The notes: generated by a model from the sequence alone, not told the origin. Positions 1 through 8,480 are shown, numbered from the stretch's first letter. The stretch: 64,000 nt of DNA from Nitrososphaerales archaeon (GCA_030039795.1 JASHUU010000051.1:24028-88027); one strand, 5' to 3'. Numbers and translations are program-made.

Positions 1-2
1 GC

Positions 3-710
3 GTGGACATAACGAAGCAGAAGATGGAGGTCGCCCCCACGGTCCACTACCAGATGGGAGGGGTCAGGGTCGACCCTGAGACGTGCGAGACCACCGTGAA
101 GGGGATGTACGCGGCTGGGGAGGTCGCATGCGGGCTGCATGGGGCCAACAGGCTCGGGGGCAACTCGCTCTCAGACATCCTGGTGTTCGGGAGGAGGGCC
201 GGCGAGGCGGCGGCGGCCGCGGTGTCAGGGATGGAGCTGCCCGCGTTCGAGACCTCCGACGTCGAAGCCGAGATCTCCAGGGTGCTGGCGCCCTTCTCTG
301 TGACAGACGGCACGAACCCGTTCTTCATCAAGGACGAGATAGCGGAGAACATGTGGAAGCATGTCGGCATCGTCAGGAACGAGAAGGACATGACCGCGGG
401 GCTCCGCGAGATCGAGAGGCTCAGGGGCGAGGCGGCCCGCGCCAAGGCCGTTGGCGGCCGCGCCTTCAACGAGTCGTGGCTGAGCTGCCTCCAGGTGGCG
501 GACATGCTCCTGGGCAGCGAGGCGGTGATCAGGTCGGCGCTCGAGCGGAAGGAGAGCCGGGGCGCGCACACGAGGTCGGACTTCCCTCAGAAGCAGGACT
601 CGTGGCTGGTAAACATAATAACGGTGCAGCGTGAAGGAAAGATCACGCACGAGACCAGGCCTGTACCGAAGATCCCGCCCGAGCTCCTGGCTCTCGTCGA
701 GAAGGAGTGA
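3..710 (+). CDS. sdhA: Succinate dehydrogenase/fumarate reductase flavoprotein subunit, C-terminal part (5' end lies outside the window)
   Basis: The ORF contains [10 protein letters not shown] and [24 protein letters not shown], which are typical of SdhA/FrdA FAD subunits. The Fe-S subunit gene starts 1 nt after its TGA stop. Confidence 0.85.
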   Translation: MDITKQKMEVAPTVHYQMGGVRVDPETCETTVKGMYAAGEVACGLHGANRLGGNSLSDILVFGRRAGEAAAAAVSGMELPAFETSDVEAEISRVLAPFSVTDGTNPFFIKDEIAENMWKHVGIVRNEKDMTAGLREIERLRGEAARAKAVGGRAFNESWLSCLQVADMLLGSEAVIRSALERKESRGAHTRSDFPQKQDSWLVNIITVQREGKITHETRPVPKIPPELLALVEKE

Positions 711-711
711 G

Positions 712-1587
712 ATGGTGAGCCAGCAGGCGGCCGCGACGGTGAGGCTCAAGGTCAGGAGGGGCGCGGCGGGGGACGCCGCCCCGGCGAGGTACGACTACTT
801 CGAGGTCCCGCGGGAAGACGGCATGGTGGTCCTCAACGCCATACATTACATCCAGTCCCACCTAGACCCGTCCCTGAACGCGAGGTGGAACTGCAAGGCG
901 GGGAGGTGCGGCTCCTGCTCGGCGGAGATCAACGGGCGTCCGCGGCTGATGTGCAAGACGCCCGTGGACTCGATCGAAGGGGAGATAGTGGTGGAACCCA
1001 TGAGCGCGTTCCCTCTGATCAGCGACCTGGTGACCGACGTGACGGAGAACTGGAAGGTCGCGGCGATGATACCCCCCTTCACCCCGAAGACCCCGAACAG
1101 CAGGGAGTGGAGGTTCTACCAGCAGGACGTGGACAGGTCCAGGGAGTTCCGGAAGTGCATCGAGTGCTTCCTCTGTCAGGACGTGTGCCACGTCGTCAGG
1201 GAGCACGAGGCCGACTACGTAGGCCCCAGGTGGGTGGTGAAGGCGGCTTCTCTGGACATGCACCCCATGGACTCGGTCAACAGGGCGAAGTTCATGAAGG
1301 ACGTGGGGGGGCTGGGATACTGCAACATCACGAAGTGCTGCCAGGAGATCTGCCCAGAGCACATCGTCATAACCGACGACGCGATCATACCTGAGAAGGA
1401 GAGAGTAGTGGACAGGCACTACGACCCGATCCTCTGGGTCTACAGACGGCTGTCGAAGAGGGTGCCGAAGGGCGAGCAGGTGGAGAACGGTGTCATGAAA
1501 GCCCTCAAGGTCGCCTTCTGGGGCTTGCTGATGGCGCCTGTCGTGATAGTGCCTCTGCTCTACCTGGTCATGGCGTTTCTCAGATAG
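712..1587 (+). CDS. sdhB: Succinate dehydrogenase/fumarate reductase iron-sulfur subunit with an extra C-terminal hydrophobic helix
   Basis: ATG at 712 is preceded by AAGGAG. Three Cys cluster motifs are present: CKAGRCGSCSAEINGRPRLMC, CIECFLCQDVCH and CNITKCCQEICP. The last 31 aa (VMKALKVAFWGLLMAPVVIVPLLYLVMAFLR) are hydrophobic. Confidence 0.85.
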   Translation: MVSQQAAATVRLKVRRGAAGDAAPARYDYFEVPREDGMVVLNAIHYIQSHLDPSLNARWNCKAGRCGSCSAEINGRPRLMCKTPVDSIEGEIVVEPMSAFPLISDLVTDVTENWKVAAMIPPFTPKTPNSREWRFYQQDVDRSREFRKCIECFLCQDVCHVVREHEADYVGPRWVVKAASLDMHPMDSVNRAKFMKDVGGLGYCNITKCCQEICPEHIVITDDAIIPEKERVVDRHYDPILWVYRRLSKRVPKGEQVENGVMKALKVAFWGLLMAPVVIVPLLYLVMAFLR

Positions 1588-1598
1588 TCAGCCGGGCT

Positions 1599-1778
1599 TC
1601 ACTTCAGGACGACCGACGAGACCAGGAAGGCGAACCCCACCAGAGCGACGCCGGCTATGTCCGAGGCGGACGCCTTCTCCGCGTTGGCCACCAGGCCGCC
1701 CAGAACTATCACGACCAGGCCCGTCAGGAAGAGCGGGTAGCGGGCCCTCTTCGGCATCCGCTGCTTGCTCCCTATCAT
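1599..1778 (-). CDS. Small (59 aa) predicted two-helix membrane protein. It is below the ORF-track length cutoff.
   Basis: Hand translation gives MIGSKQRMPKRARYPLFLTGLVVIVLGGLVANAEKASASDIAGVALVGFAFLVSSVVLK*. The ORF starts 2 nt after the stop of the upstream membrane-protein gene. Confidence 0.3.
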   Translation of the reverse strand: MIGSKQRMPKRARYPLFLTGLVVIVLGGLVANAEKASASDIAGVALVGFAFLVSSVVLK

Positions 1779-1780
1779 CG

Positions 1781-2479
1781 TCAGAACCTCAGGAGCGTGG
1801 CGTCCAGGTGGAGCCCCGCGGCGAGCCCTCTGATGTACAGGTCAGCGAAGATTATCGTCAGCAGGCTCACCCAGGCGAGGGCCTCGTGGTGCTTGTTGAG
1901 CCAGCTCTGCTTGTCGTAGATCTCCTTCCTGACGCCGCCGGCGGCCACGCAGCTGTAGCAGTCGATGTTCCCCCCGACCACGTGCCGGACAGCATGGCAG
2001 GACAGCGTCCAAGCCGTCAGCAGGAGGGCGTTGGCCAGAAGGACGAGGCTCCCGATTCTCAGCGAGTCGTAGGCGAGGAGCGAGTGCGCGAAGTCGAGAT
2101 AGAAGAAAGGCAGGATGGCTATGCCCGCGTACATGAAGTACCTGTGCAGGTTCTCCAGCTGGAACACGGCGTTCTTCTCTCCAGTGTAGGTCCTCGTCGC
2201 GGCATCTCCCCGGTCGGCGTTGGAGCATCCGAGAGGGTGCTTGAAGAGGTGCCTGTGGTAATCCTTCCGGTAGGCGTAGCACGTGAGGCGGAACGCGCCG
2301 GGCAGCGGGACTATCAGCACGGTCGGGCTGTAGAACGGGTCGATGTACCCGTGGTACTGCCCCACGGGGAAGGCGGTCAGCGCCCAGAACCCCACGGCGA
2401 GAATCGCGATGAACGACCAGAGCCTCCAGTTGGGCTCGAGGAGCTCGTAGGGGAGGAGGGACTTGATGCTCGTGCTCAA
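1781..2479 (-). CDS. Polytopic membrane protein rich in conserved-looking His/Cys; function unknown
   Basis: This 232-aa ORF has about 5-6 hydrophobic segments and the motifs YRKDYHRHLFKH, CHAVRHVVGG and CYSC. It lies 60 nt downstream of sufU on the same strand. Confidence 0.6.
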   Translation of the reverse strand: MSTSIKSLLPYELLEPNWRLWSFIAILAVGFWALTAFPVGQYHGYIDPFYSPTVLIVPLPGAFRLTCYAYRKDYHRHLFKHPLGCSNADRGDAATRTYTGEKNAVFQLENLHRYFMYAGIAILPFFYLDFAHSLLAYDSLRIGSLVLLANALLLTAWTLSCHAVRHVVGGNIDCYSCVAAGGVRKEIYDKQSWLNKHHEALAWVSLLTIIFADLYIRGLAAGLHLDATLLRF

Positions 2480-2538
2480 GGGTTGGCCCTTGGCGCGAGG
2501 AGCCGCAGGTTGGGGCTAAAAGGCCTTCGAGCGGGCTG

Positions 2539-2958
2539 TCAGCTCGGGCCGGCCGGTTCCGTACCTTCTGCTCCGGAGCCTAGGTATCCGTAAACGCCTG
2601 TTTTCAGTACCTTCATGCCCAGCAATGCGCACTTCACTCTGGAGGGGCCCAGGTCGGACGTGCCCAGGAGCTTGAAGATGTCTTCCTTCGACAGCTCCTT
2701 GACCCACTCGAGGGGCTTCCCCTTCGCCAGCTCGGTGAGCATGGACGCGGACGCCTGGCTGATGGCGCAGCCCTTGCCCGAGAACCTGATGTCTTCGATC
2801 TTGTGTCCTTCGCCGACCTTGATCTGTATGTCCACCTCGTCCCCGCAGAGAGGGTTGGTGTCGTGCGCCTCGATGTCGAAGGTCTGAAGCGTCCCGAAGT
2901 TCCTTGGGTTCCTGTAGTAGTCCAGGATCAGCTCCTTGTAGATGTCCGCCGTGCTCAT
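2539..2958 (-). CDS. sufU: SufU/IscU-type Fe-S cluster scaffold / sulfur acceptor (NifU N-terminal-like)
   Basis: The sequence MSTADIYKELILDYYRNPRNFG...NPLCGDEV...GKGCAISQASASM...RVKCALL carries the three conserved Cys of the SufU/IscU family. Its ATG overlaps the sufS stop (ATGA). Confidence 0.85.
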   Translation of the reverse strand: MSTADIYKELILDYYRNPRNFGTLQTFDIEAHDTNPLCGDEVDIQIKVGEGHKIEDIRFSGKGCAISQASASMLTELAKGKPLEWVKELSKEDIFKLLGTSDLGPSRVKCALLGMKVLKTGVYGYLGSGAEGTEPAGPS

Positions 2959-4196
2959 ACCTTGAACACCTCGTTGGCTCTTTCCAGCCCTGCCTTCAGC
3001 GCGTCCACGTCCTCGGGCGAGTTGTACAGGTAGAAGCTCGCCCTGCTGGCGGCGGGGATGTCGAGCCACTTCATCAGCGGCTGGGCGCAGTGGTGCCCCG
3101 AGCGGATGGCTATTCCCTCCTCGTCGAGAATCGTCGCAAGGTCGTGCGGGTGGATGTCCGCGAGGTTGAACGACAGGACGCCCGCCCTGGCTGCGGGATC
3201 GGCCGGGCCGTAGAACCTGAAGCCCTTCACCCGCTGAAGAGTCTCGATCGCGTACTTCAGGATGGCGACGTCGTGCCTTCTGACTCGGTCCATGCCGAGC
3301 TCCGAGAGGTAGTCGACGGCCGCTCCGAGACCGATCGCGTCCGCGATGTTCACCGTGCCCGCCTCGAACTTGTACGGCACGTCGTTCCAGGTCGAGTGGT
3401 CGAGGAAGACCTCCTTGATCATCTCGCCGCCCCCGTGGAACGGCTCCATCTCCTCGAGGACCTCCTTCTTCCCTACCAGTCCTCCTATGCCGGTGGGCCC
3501 GAGCATCTTGTGTCCGGAGAAGGCGTAGAAGTCCGCTCCCATGGACTCCACGTCCACGGGCATGTGCGGGACCGCCTGCGCCCCGTCGACTACGGTCGTG
3601 GCGCCCGCGCGCCGCGCCTTCGCGCAGATGTCCGCGACGTCGTTCACCGTGCCCAGGACGTTGGAAGAGTGCGCGACCGCCACGAGCTTCGGGGACTGGC
3701 CGAGCAGAGCTTCGAGCTTCGCGGCGTCAAGCTTCCCGTCCTGCGTGAGGCCCACGAACTCGAGCCTGGCCCCTGTCGCCTGCGCCAGGAGCTGCCACGG
3801 GACTATGTTGCTGTGGTGCTCCATGAGCGTGGTGACCAGCAGGTCGCCCTTGTGGACGGACCTGTGCCCCCAGGCGAACCTGACCAGGTTCGTGGCCTCT
3901 GTCGTCCCCCTGACGAACACGAGGTTCTGCGCCTTCGTCCCTACGAACCGAGCCACCTTCTCTCTCGAGGCCTCGTACGCCGCGGTCGCCTCTTCTCCGA
4001 GGGTGTGGACTGACCTGTGCACGTTCGAGTTATATCGCGAGTAGTAGTCCGAGAGGGCGTCGATCACTCGTTTAGGCTTCTGCGACGTGGCGGCGCTGTC
4101 AAGATAGACCAGCCTCTTGCCCCTGACAAGCCTGGTCAGTATCGGGAACTCGGCGCGGACCTTCTCGTTGTCAAGAGCCTCTGTCTCGAGCGTCCC
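2955..4196 (-). CDS. sufS: Cysteine desulfurase SufS (class V PLP enzyme); the start codon is unresolved
   Basis: The track ORF 2955..4067 begins at a GTG. The same frame stays open to 4196 and encodes DNEKVRAEFPILTRLVRGKRLVYLDSAATSQKPKRVIDAL, the canonical SufS N-terminus. There is no ATG, GTG or TTG between the TAA at 4197-4199 and the GTG at 4067. Confidence 0.9.
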   Translation of the reverse strand, partial: GTLETEALDNEKVRAEFPILTRLVRGKRLVYLDSAATSQKPKRVIDALSDYYSRYNSNVHRSVHTLGEEATAAYEASREKVARFVGTKAQNLVFVRGTTEATNLVRFAWGHRSVHKGDLLVTTLMEHHSNIVPWQLLAQATGARLEFVGLTQDGKLDAAKLEALLGQSPKLVAVAHSSNVLGTVNDVADICAKARRAGATTVVDGAQAVPHMPVDVESMGADFYAFSGHKMLGPTGIGGLVGKKEVLEEMEPFHGGGEMIKEVFLDHSTWNDVPYKFEAGTVNIADAIGLGAAVDYLSELGMDRVRRHDVAILKYAIETLQRVKGFRFYGPADPAARAGVLSFNLADIHPHDLATILDEEGIAIRSGHHCAQPLMKWLDIPAASRASFYLYNSPEDVDALKAGLERANEVFKV

Positions 4197-4207
4197 TTAC
4201 GCCTCCT

Positions 4208-4516
4208 TCATACCTCGACGAAAATCGTCCCGTCCTCTATTTTAACATTGAAGCGCCTGAGCGGCGCCGTAGCCGGCGGGTTCAGGACCGCCCCCGTCCT
4301 GAGGTCGAACTGCGAGAGGTGGAGCGGGCAGACGACCCTCTCCTCTATCATGAACCCAAGGCCGAGGTCCGCCTCTTCGTGGGTGCACGTGCCGTCCACC
4401 GCGTGGACCTGTCCCCCGATGTTGGAGACCAGTATCCGGATGCCTCCGATCTCCACGGACCTCATCGAGCCTTCCGAGAGGTCGGCGACCTTCAGCGCAG
4501 GGGCGAACTCGGCCAA
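4208..4516 (-). CDS. Rieske-type [2Fe-2S] ferredoxin domain protein
   Basis: Carries the CTHEEADLG...CPLHLSQFD motif (CxH...CxxH). It is 102 aa, starts at a TTG 6 nt after the sufD stop, and lies inside the suf operon. Confidence 0.8.
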   Translation of the reverse strand: MAEFAPALKVADLSEGSMRSVEIGGIRILVSNIGGQVHAVDGTCTHEEADLGLGFMIEERVVCPLHLSQFDLRTGAVLNPPATAPLRRFNVKIEDGTIFVEV

Positions 4517-4522
4517 GTCTCG

Positions 4523-5947
4523 CTACCGATACTTGTAGTGCCTTTCGAATATGTCCTCAGTCTGCCTTACCTCCGGCGTGGTCTCCCCTTCCTCAGCCAA
4601 GAGGGTCTCCCTGTCGACCAGGCGCCTCTTGACCCCGTCCCATTTGCCTTCGATCATGAACCTCGCGCCTTCCCTCGTCTGCTCTATCGGGACGCGCGAG
4701 AGGACAGGCTCGAAGAAGCCCAAGACCACCATCCTCTTCGTCTCGTCGAGGGACAGGCCCCTGGCCATGAGGTAGAAGAGCTGCTCTTCGTCGATCTGTG
4801 CCACGGACGCGGAGTGGGTGGCTTTGACCTCGTTGTTGTCGATCTCGAGGCCGGGTATCGCGTCTGACTTGGCAGTCCTCTCCAGCAGCATCGCATGGTG
4901 GGCAAGATAGGAACGCGAGTTCTTCGCGGCGTTGACTATCTTGATCATCCCCTTGAAGATGGACTGGGACTCCCCCTTCAGGACGCCCCTCGCCTGAGTG
5001 GAGCCCGTCGAGTCGGGCGAGTTGTGGAACAGGTTGGTTTCGAAGTCATACCTTTGCTTCGCGTCCGTGAAGAAGATCTCGAAGCCTTCTGCGAGGGACC
5101 CCCGTCCGTTCAGGAGGAAGTTCGTCCTCGAGCGGGAGACGGCGGCGCCGAGCTCGAGGGAGCTGACGGTGGCCTTCGCGTCGGCCAGAGTCTCCACCGC
5201 GCGGTTCGAGACGTGGAGCGCCTGTTCGTCGAGGAGCTGGATGGAGGAGAGGTCGACCTGGGCGTAGGGCCTCGCGCGGACCTCGACCGTGGACGCGACC
5301 ATCGAGGAGGCCGCAGGGCCCTTCGAGTACAGCTCCTCGAGGAAGACCACCTTCGAACCCTCCTCGGCGCAGACGAAGGTCTGGTCGATCACCCCGGACT
5401 TCGGTCCGTCCAGAAGGAACATCCTGCGCAGCGGCCGGTCTACGGCCACCCCCCGGGGCACGTAGACTACGGTGCCGCAGTTGAAGAACGCGCCGACGAA
5501 CGCCACGAACTTATCGCTCTCGGGCCTGGCCAGCCTCTGCTCGAACAGCGACCTCACCAGCCTCTCGTCCTTCCTGAGGGCTTCCTCCATCGAGAGCAGC
5601 ATCACTCCCTTGGAGGCTAGGTCGTCGTCCAGCTCCGCGTGGACCTGGGTCTCGTTCCCCTGGAGCAGGATGTTCCGTTCCTTCCCCGTCAGGTAGCCCT
5701 GGAAGAAGCTGCGGAAGTCTATCTTGGCCGGAACGGGACTGACGCCCACTCCTGAGATGTCGAACCCAAAGGTGCTGGCGTACTTCGTGTACAGAGGGTT
5801 CCGCTCGGTCGGAAGCTCCTTGAACTTGCCGTATGAGTCCAGCCTTATGTCTCGGAGCCACCTCGGCTCCGACCGCGACTCCGACAGTGCCGACGCGAGG
5901 CTCTCGTCGAAGGCGCCCAGCTCTTTCTGAGACACGACTGCTATCAA
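4523..5947 (-). CDS. sufD: Fe-S cluster assembly protein SufD
   Basis: This 474-aa SufB/SufD-family sequence has the C-terminal motif VKATHSASVAQIDEEQLFYLMARGLS. It sits between sufB and the Rieske/sufS genes. Confidence 0.85.
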   Translation of the reverse strand: MIAVVSQKELGAFDESLASALSESRSEPRWLRDIRLDSYGKFKELPTERNPLYTKYASTFGFDISGVGVSPVPAKIDFRSFFQGYLTGKERNILLQGNETQVHAELDDDLASKGVMLLSMEEALRKDERLVRSLFEQRLARPESDKFVAFVGAFFNCGTVVYVPRGVAVDRPLRRMFLLDGPKSGVIDQTFVCAEEGSKVVFLEELYSKGPAASSMVASTVEVRARPYAQVDLSSIQLLDEQALHVSNRAVETLADAKATVSSLELGAAVSRSRTNFLLNGRGSLAEGFEIFFTDAKQRYDFETNLFHNSPDSTGSTQARGVLKGESQSIFKGMIKIVNAAKNSRSYLAHHAMLLERTAKSDAIPGLEIDNNEVKATHSASVAQIDEEQLFYLMARGLSLDETKRMVVLGFFEPVLSRVPIEQTREGARFMIEGKWDGVKRRLVDRETLLAEEGETTPEVRQTEDIFERHYKYR

Positions 5948-5963
5948 CCCCGGCAGGCCGGCC

Positions 5964-8450
5964 TCAGCCTACGGCGTTCGTCATCTCGAGGGACATCAGG
6001 CGGTTGAACTCCACCGCGTAGGTCATCGGGAGCTCCTTCGCGAACGGCTCGAGGAACCCGTTGACGACCATGCTCAGGGCGTCGCCCTCGCTCATCCCCC
6101 TAGACATCAGATAGAAGAGCTGCTCCTCCCCAACCTTCCCGACGCTGGCCTCGTGGGTGACCGTGGCGTCGTCTTCCTGGATCTCCATGTACGGGTAGGT
6201 CGCGGTCGTGCTCGCCTGGTCAAGCAGGAGCGCGTCACATCTGACGGAAGACTTCACGTTCTTGGCGCCCTTCGCTATGTGGAGCAGGCCCCGGTACGCC
6301 GTGTGCCCCCCTCCCTTGGAGACCGACCTCGAGATGATCTTGGAGGTGGTGTCCTTCGCCAGGTGGACGGCCTTGCCTCCCGTGTCCTGCACCTGTCCCG
6401 GTCCGGCGTAGGCCACCGAGATTATGTCCGCCCTGGACCTCGGACCGAGGAGGTAGATCGACGGGTACTTCCTGGTAAGCTTCGAGCCTCCGTTGAAGTC
6501 GACCCAAGACACCGTGGCGTCTTCGTAGGCGTGGGCGCGCTTTGTAACCAGATTGAACACGTCCCTGGACCAGTTCTGGAGCGTAGTGTACTTGACGAGC
6601 GAACCCTTCCTGGCGACGATTTCTACGATTGCCGAGTGAAGCGACTGAGAGGAATAGACAGGCGCACTGCAGTTGTGGACGGCGAATCCCTTGACGAGAT
6701 ACGTCTCGTCGCCCTCCACTCCTATGTTGTACACCCGCCCTTCGAACTTGGACGAAAGGACCTTCTTTATGGGGACGAAGAACCTGTTCCCCTTCCTCCT
6801 TACGGCGCTCCACTTCTTGCCCTCCGTGTACTCCACGATGTACTTGTCCTTCCGGGCTATCTTTCTCCCGGCTATCGTGTCTTCCGACCCCTTCCTCAGA
6901 TTGACGTTCGCGAACACGCCCGCCCTTCCAAGGAGCTCCTGGAGCTGGAAGGCAAGCAGTCGGCTCGCGGTCGACGCCCGAATCATGACTGAGTTGTCCG
7001 CCTTCTTCACGTACCGGTTTCCGTCCCCCCTCAGGTAGTACCTCAGAAAGGTCTCTTGCCTCGTCGGAGGGAGGTGCATCAGCCGTTCGTCGAGCAGCTT
7101 TGTGGCCGCTCCTGTCCCGCAGGACTTCCTGCAAAGGTCGATCAGCTTCTTGGAGTAGGAGGTCACTACCCAGTACTTGCCCCTCGACCTGTACATGCTT
7201 GCCTTCTCCCCCGTCGAGTGAATCAGGCTGAGAAGCTCCTTCGCAAGCGACTTCTCCGACTCGGACTTTCCGAAGCTGAACTCGAGCACGTCCCGTCGGA
7301 GGCTGACGCTGTAGGAGACTGACCCCTCGGCGAGATAGACGCCTAGAATCTTCAGGAGAGCCTCAGAGAGAGAGGAGTCGTCTGCTTCCTCGTCAGGAAC
7401 GACATAGACCAGGAAGTCTCCCACCTTCAGGTCTCCGGCTTCGACGAATTCGGGCTCGGCGCTCATCAGCTTGGCAGTGGACGCTTCGGGGAGCCATCCG
7501 TTCCGGCCCGCCCTCACGACGACGGACTCCCTCCTCACCGCGAGCACCGGATGCTCGGGGGTGAGTCTGAATGAGCTGGCGCTCGACTGCGGGACGATGG
7601 TCAGCATCTGGCCGTTGTGTGGATGGACGTAGGTCTCGTTTACGAGCCTCTTCCTTCCTTCGTGAGTCACCACCCTCTCCCCGCGAGAGACCTCGTGAAT
7701 CTGCTCCATGGCGGAGCCGAGGCTCACCAGCTCGTCGGCCGGCAGGCAACCTTCAATGTATGTGACTTCACTGTAGGGCTCTCCCACGATCAGGGTCCTC
7801 TCGAACTGTCCCATGTTACGCTCGTTTATCCTGAAGTACGCCTGCAGAGGCATAGTCACCTTCACTCCCTCCGGGACGTAGACGAAGCTCCCTGCGCTCC
7901 AGACGGCTGTCTGCAGGGCGGCGATGAAGTTGTCCTGGTAGGGCACGACCGTGCCGAAGTACTTCTTCATGATGTCAGGGTACTCCTTGAGCGCGGTCAC
8001 GGTGTCTGAAAAGACGACGCCCTGCTTCTGCAGCTCGCCTTGGATGCTGTGGTACACCGCCTCGCTTTCGTAGATCGCACCCACGCCAGCCAGGAACTTC
8101 TTCTCTGCGTCCGTGATGCCCAGCTTGTCGTAGGTCCGCTTGATGTACTCAGGGAGCTGCTCCCAAGAGTCGGCCGCCTTCCCCGTCGGGTTCGCGTAAT
8201 AGTAGAAGCTCTGATAGTCGATGTCGGCCAGGTCCGGAGCCCAAGCGGGAGGCTTCATTTCGAGGAAGTGCCGCAGGGCCTTCATCCTCAGCTGCTCCAT
8301 CCAGGCCGGCTCGTCGTGCAGCCTTACTATCTCCTGGACCACGCGCTCCGAGAGGCCCTTTATCCCCTTGACCGCGTACTGGTCTACGGGGTCGCTGAAC
8401 CCGTACTTTTCCTTGTAGTCCTCGGTCACCGTGTCTGTTTTCGAGGCCAT
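5964..8450 (-). CDS. sufB: Fe-S cluster assembly protein SufB, interrupted in frame by an intein
   Basis: The ORF is 828 aa, versus about 470 aa for a typical SufB. The exteins read ...EVTYIEG|CSAPVYSSQSLH... once aa 235-593 are removed. The C-terminal motif THEASVGKVGEEQLFYLMSRGMSE is present. Confidence 0.95.
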   Translation of the reverse strand: MASKTDTVTEDYKEKYGFSDPVDQYAVKGIKGLSERVVQEIVRLHDEPAWMEQLRMKALRHFLEMKPPAWAPDLADIDYQSFYYYANPTGKAADSWEQLPEYIKRTYDKLGITDAEKKFLAGVGAIYESEAVYHSIQGELQKQGVVFSDTVTALKEYPDIMKKYFGTVVPYQDNFIAALQTAVWSAGSFVYVPEGVKVTMPLQAYFRINERNMGQFERTLIVGEPYSEVTYIEGCLPADELVSLGSAMEQIHEVSRGERVVTHEGRKRLVNETYVHPHNGQMLTIVPQSSASSFRLTPEHPVLAVRRESVVVRAGRNGWLPEASTAKLMSAEPEFVEAGDLKVGDFLVYVVPDEEADDSSLSEALLKILGVYLAEGSVSYSVSLRRDVLEFSFGKSESEKSLAKELLSLIHSTGEKASMYRSRGKYWVVTSYSKKLIDLCRKSCGTGAATKLLDERLMHLPPTRQETFLRYYLRGDGNRYVKKADNSVMIRASTASRLLAFQLQELLGRAGVFANVNLRKGSEDTIAGRKIARKDKYIVEYTEGKKWSAVRRKGNRFFVPIKKVLSSKFEGRVYNIGVEGDETYLVKGFAVHNCSAPVYSSQSLHSAIVEIVARKGSLVKYTTLQNWSRDVFNLVTKRAHAYEDATVSWVDFNGGSKLTRKYPSIYLLGPRSRADIISVAYAGPGQVQDTGGKAVHLAKDTTSKIISRSVSKGGGHTAYRGLLHIAKGAKNVKSSVRCDALLLDQASTTATYPYMEIQEDDATVTHEASVGKVGEEQLFYLMSRGMSEGDALSMVVNGFLEPFAKELPMTYAVEFNRLMSLEMTNAVG
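6672..7748 (-). mobile_element. SufB intein (359 aa) with a LAGLIDADG homing-endonuclease domain
   Basis: It starts with Cys (CLPADELVSLGS) and has block B LTPEHPVLAV. There are two LAGLIDADG-like motifs, LLKILGVYLAEGSV and FLRYYLRGDGN. It ends ...GFAVHN, followed by the +1 Cys of the extein sequence CSAP. Confidence 0.9.
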
Positions 8451-8465
8451 TCTCTCACCACCGGT

Positions 8466-8480
8466 TATAACATAGGTTAT
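8466..8480. promoter_or_regulatory. Candidate operator in the sufB promoter: TATAACATAGGTTAT (copy 1 of 2)
   Basis: This 15-mer is an exact duplicate of 9314-9328 and has inverted-repeat arms ATAAC/GTTAT. It lies 16-30 nt upstream of the sufB ATG, between an A/T-rich TATA-like element (8488-8497) and the start codon. Confidence 0.45.
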
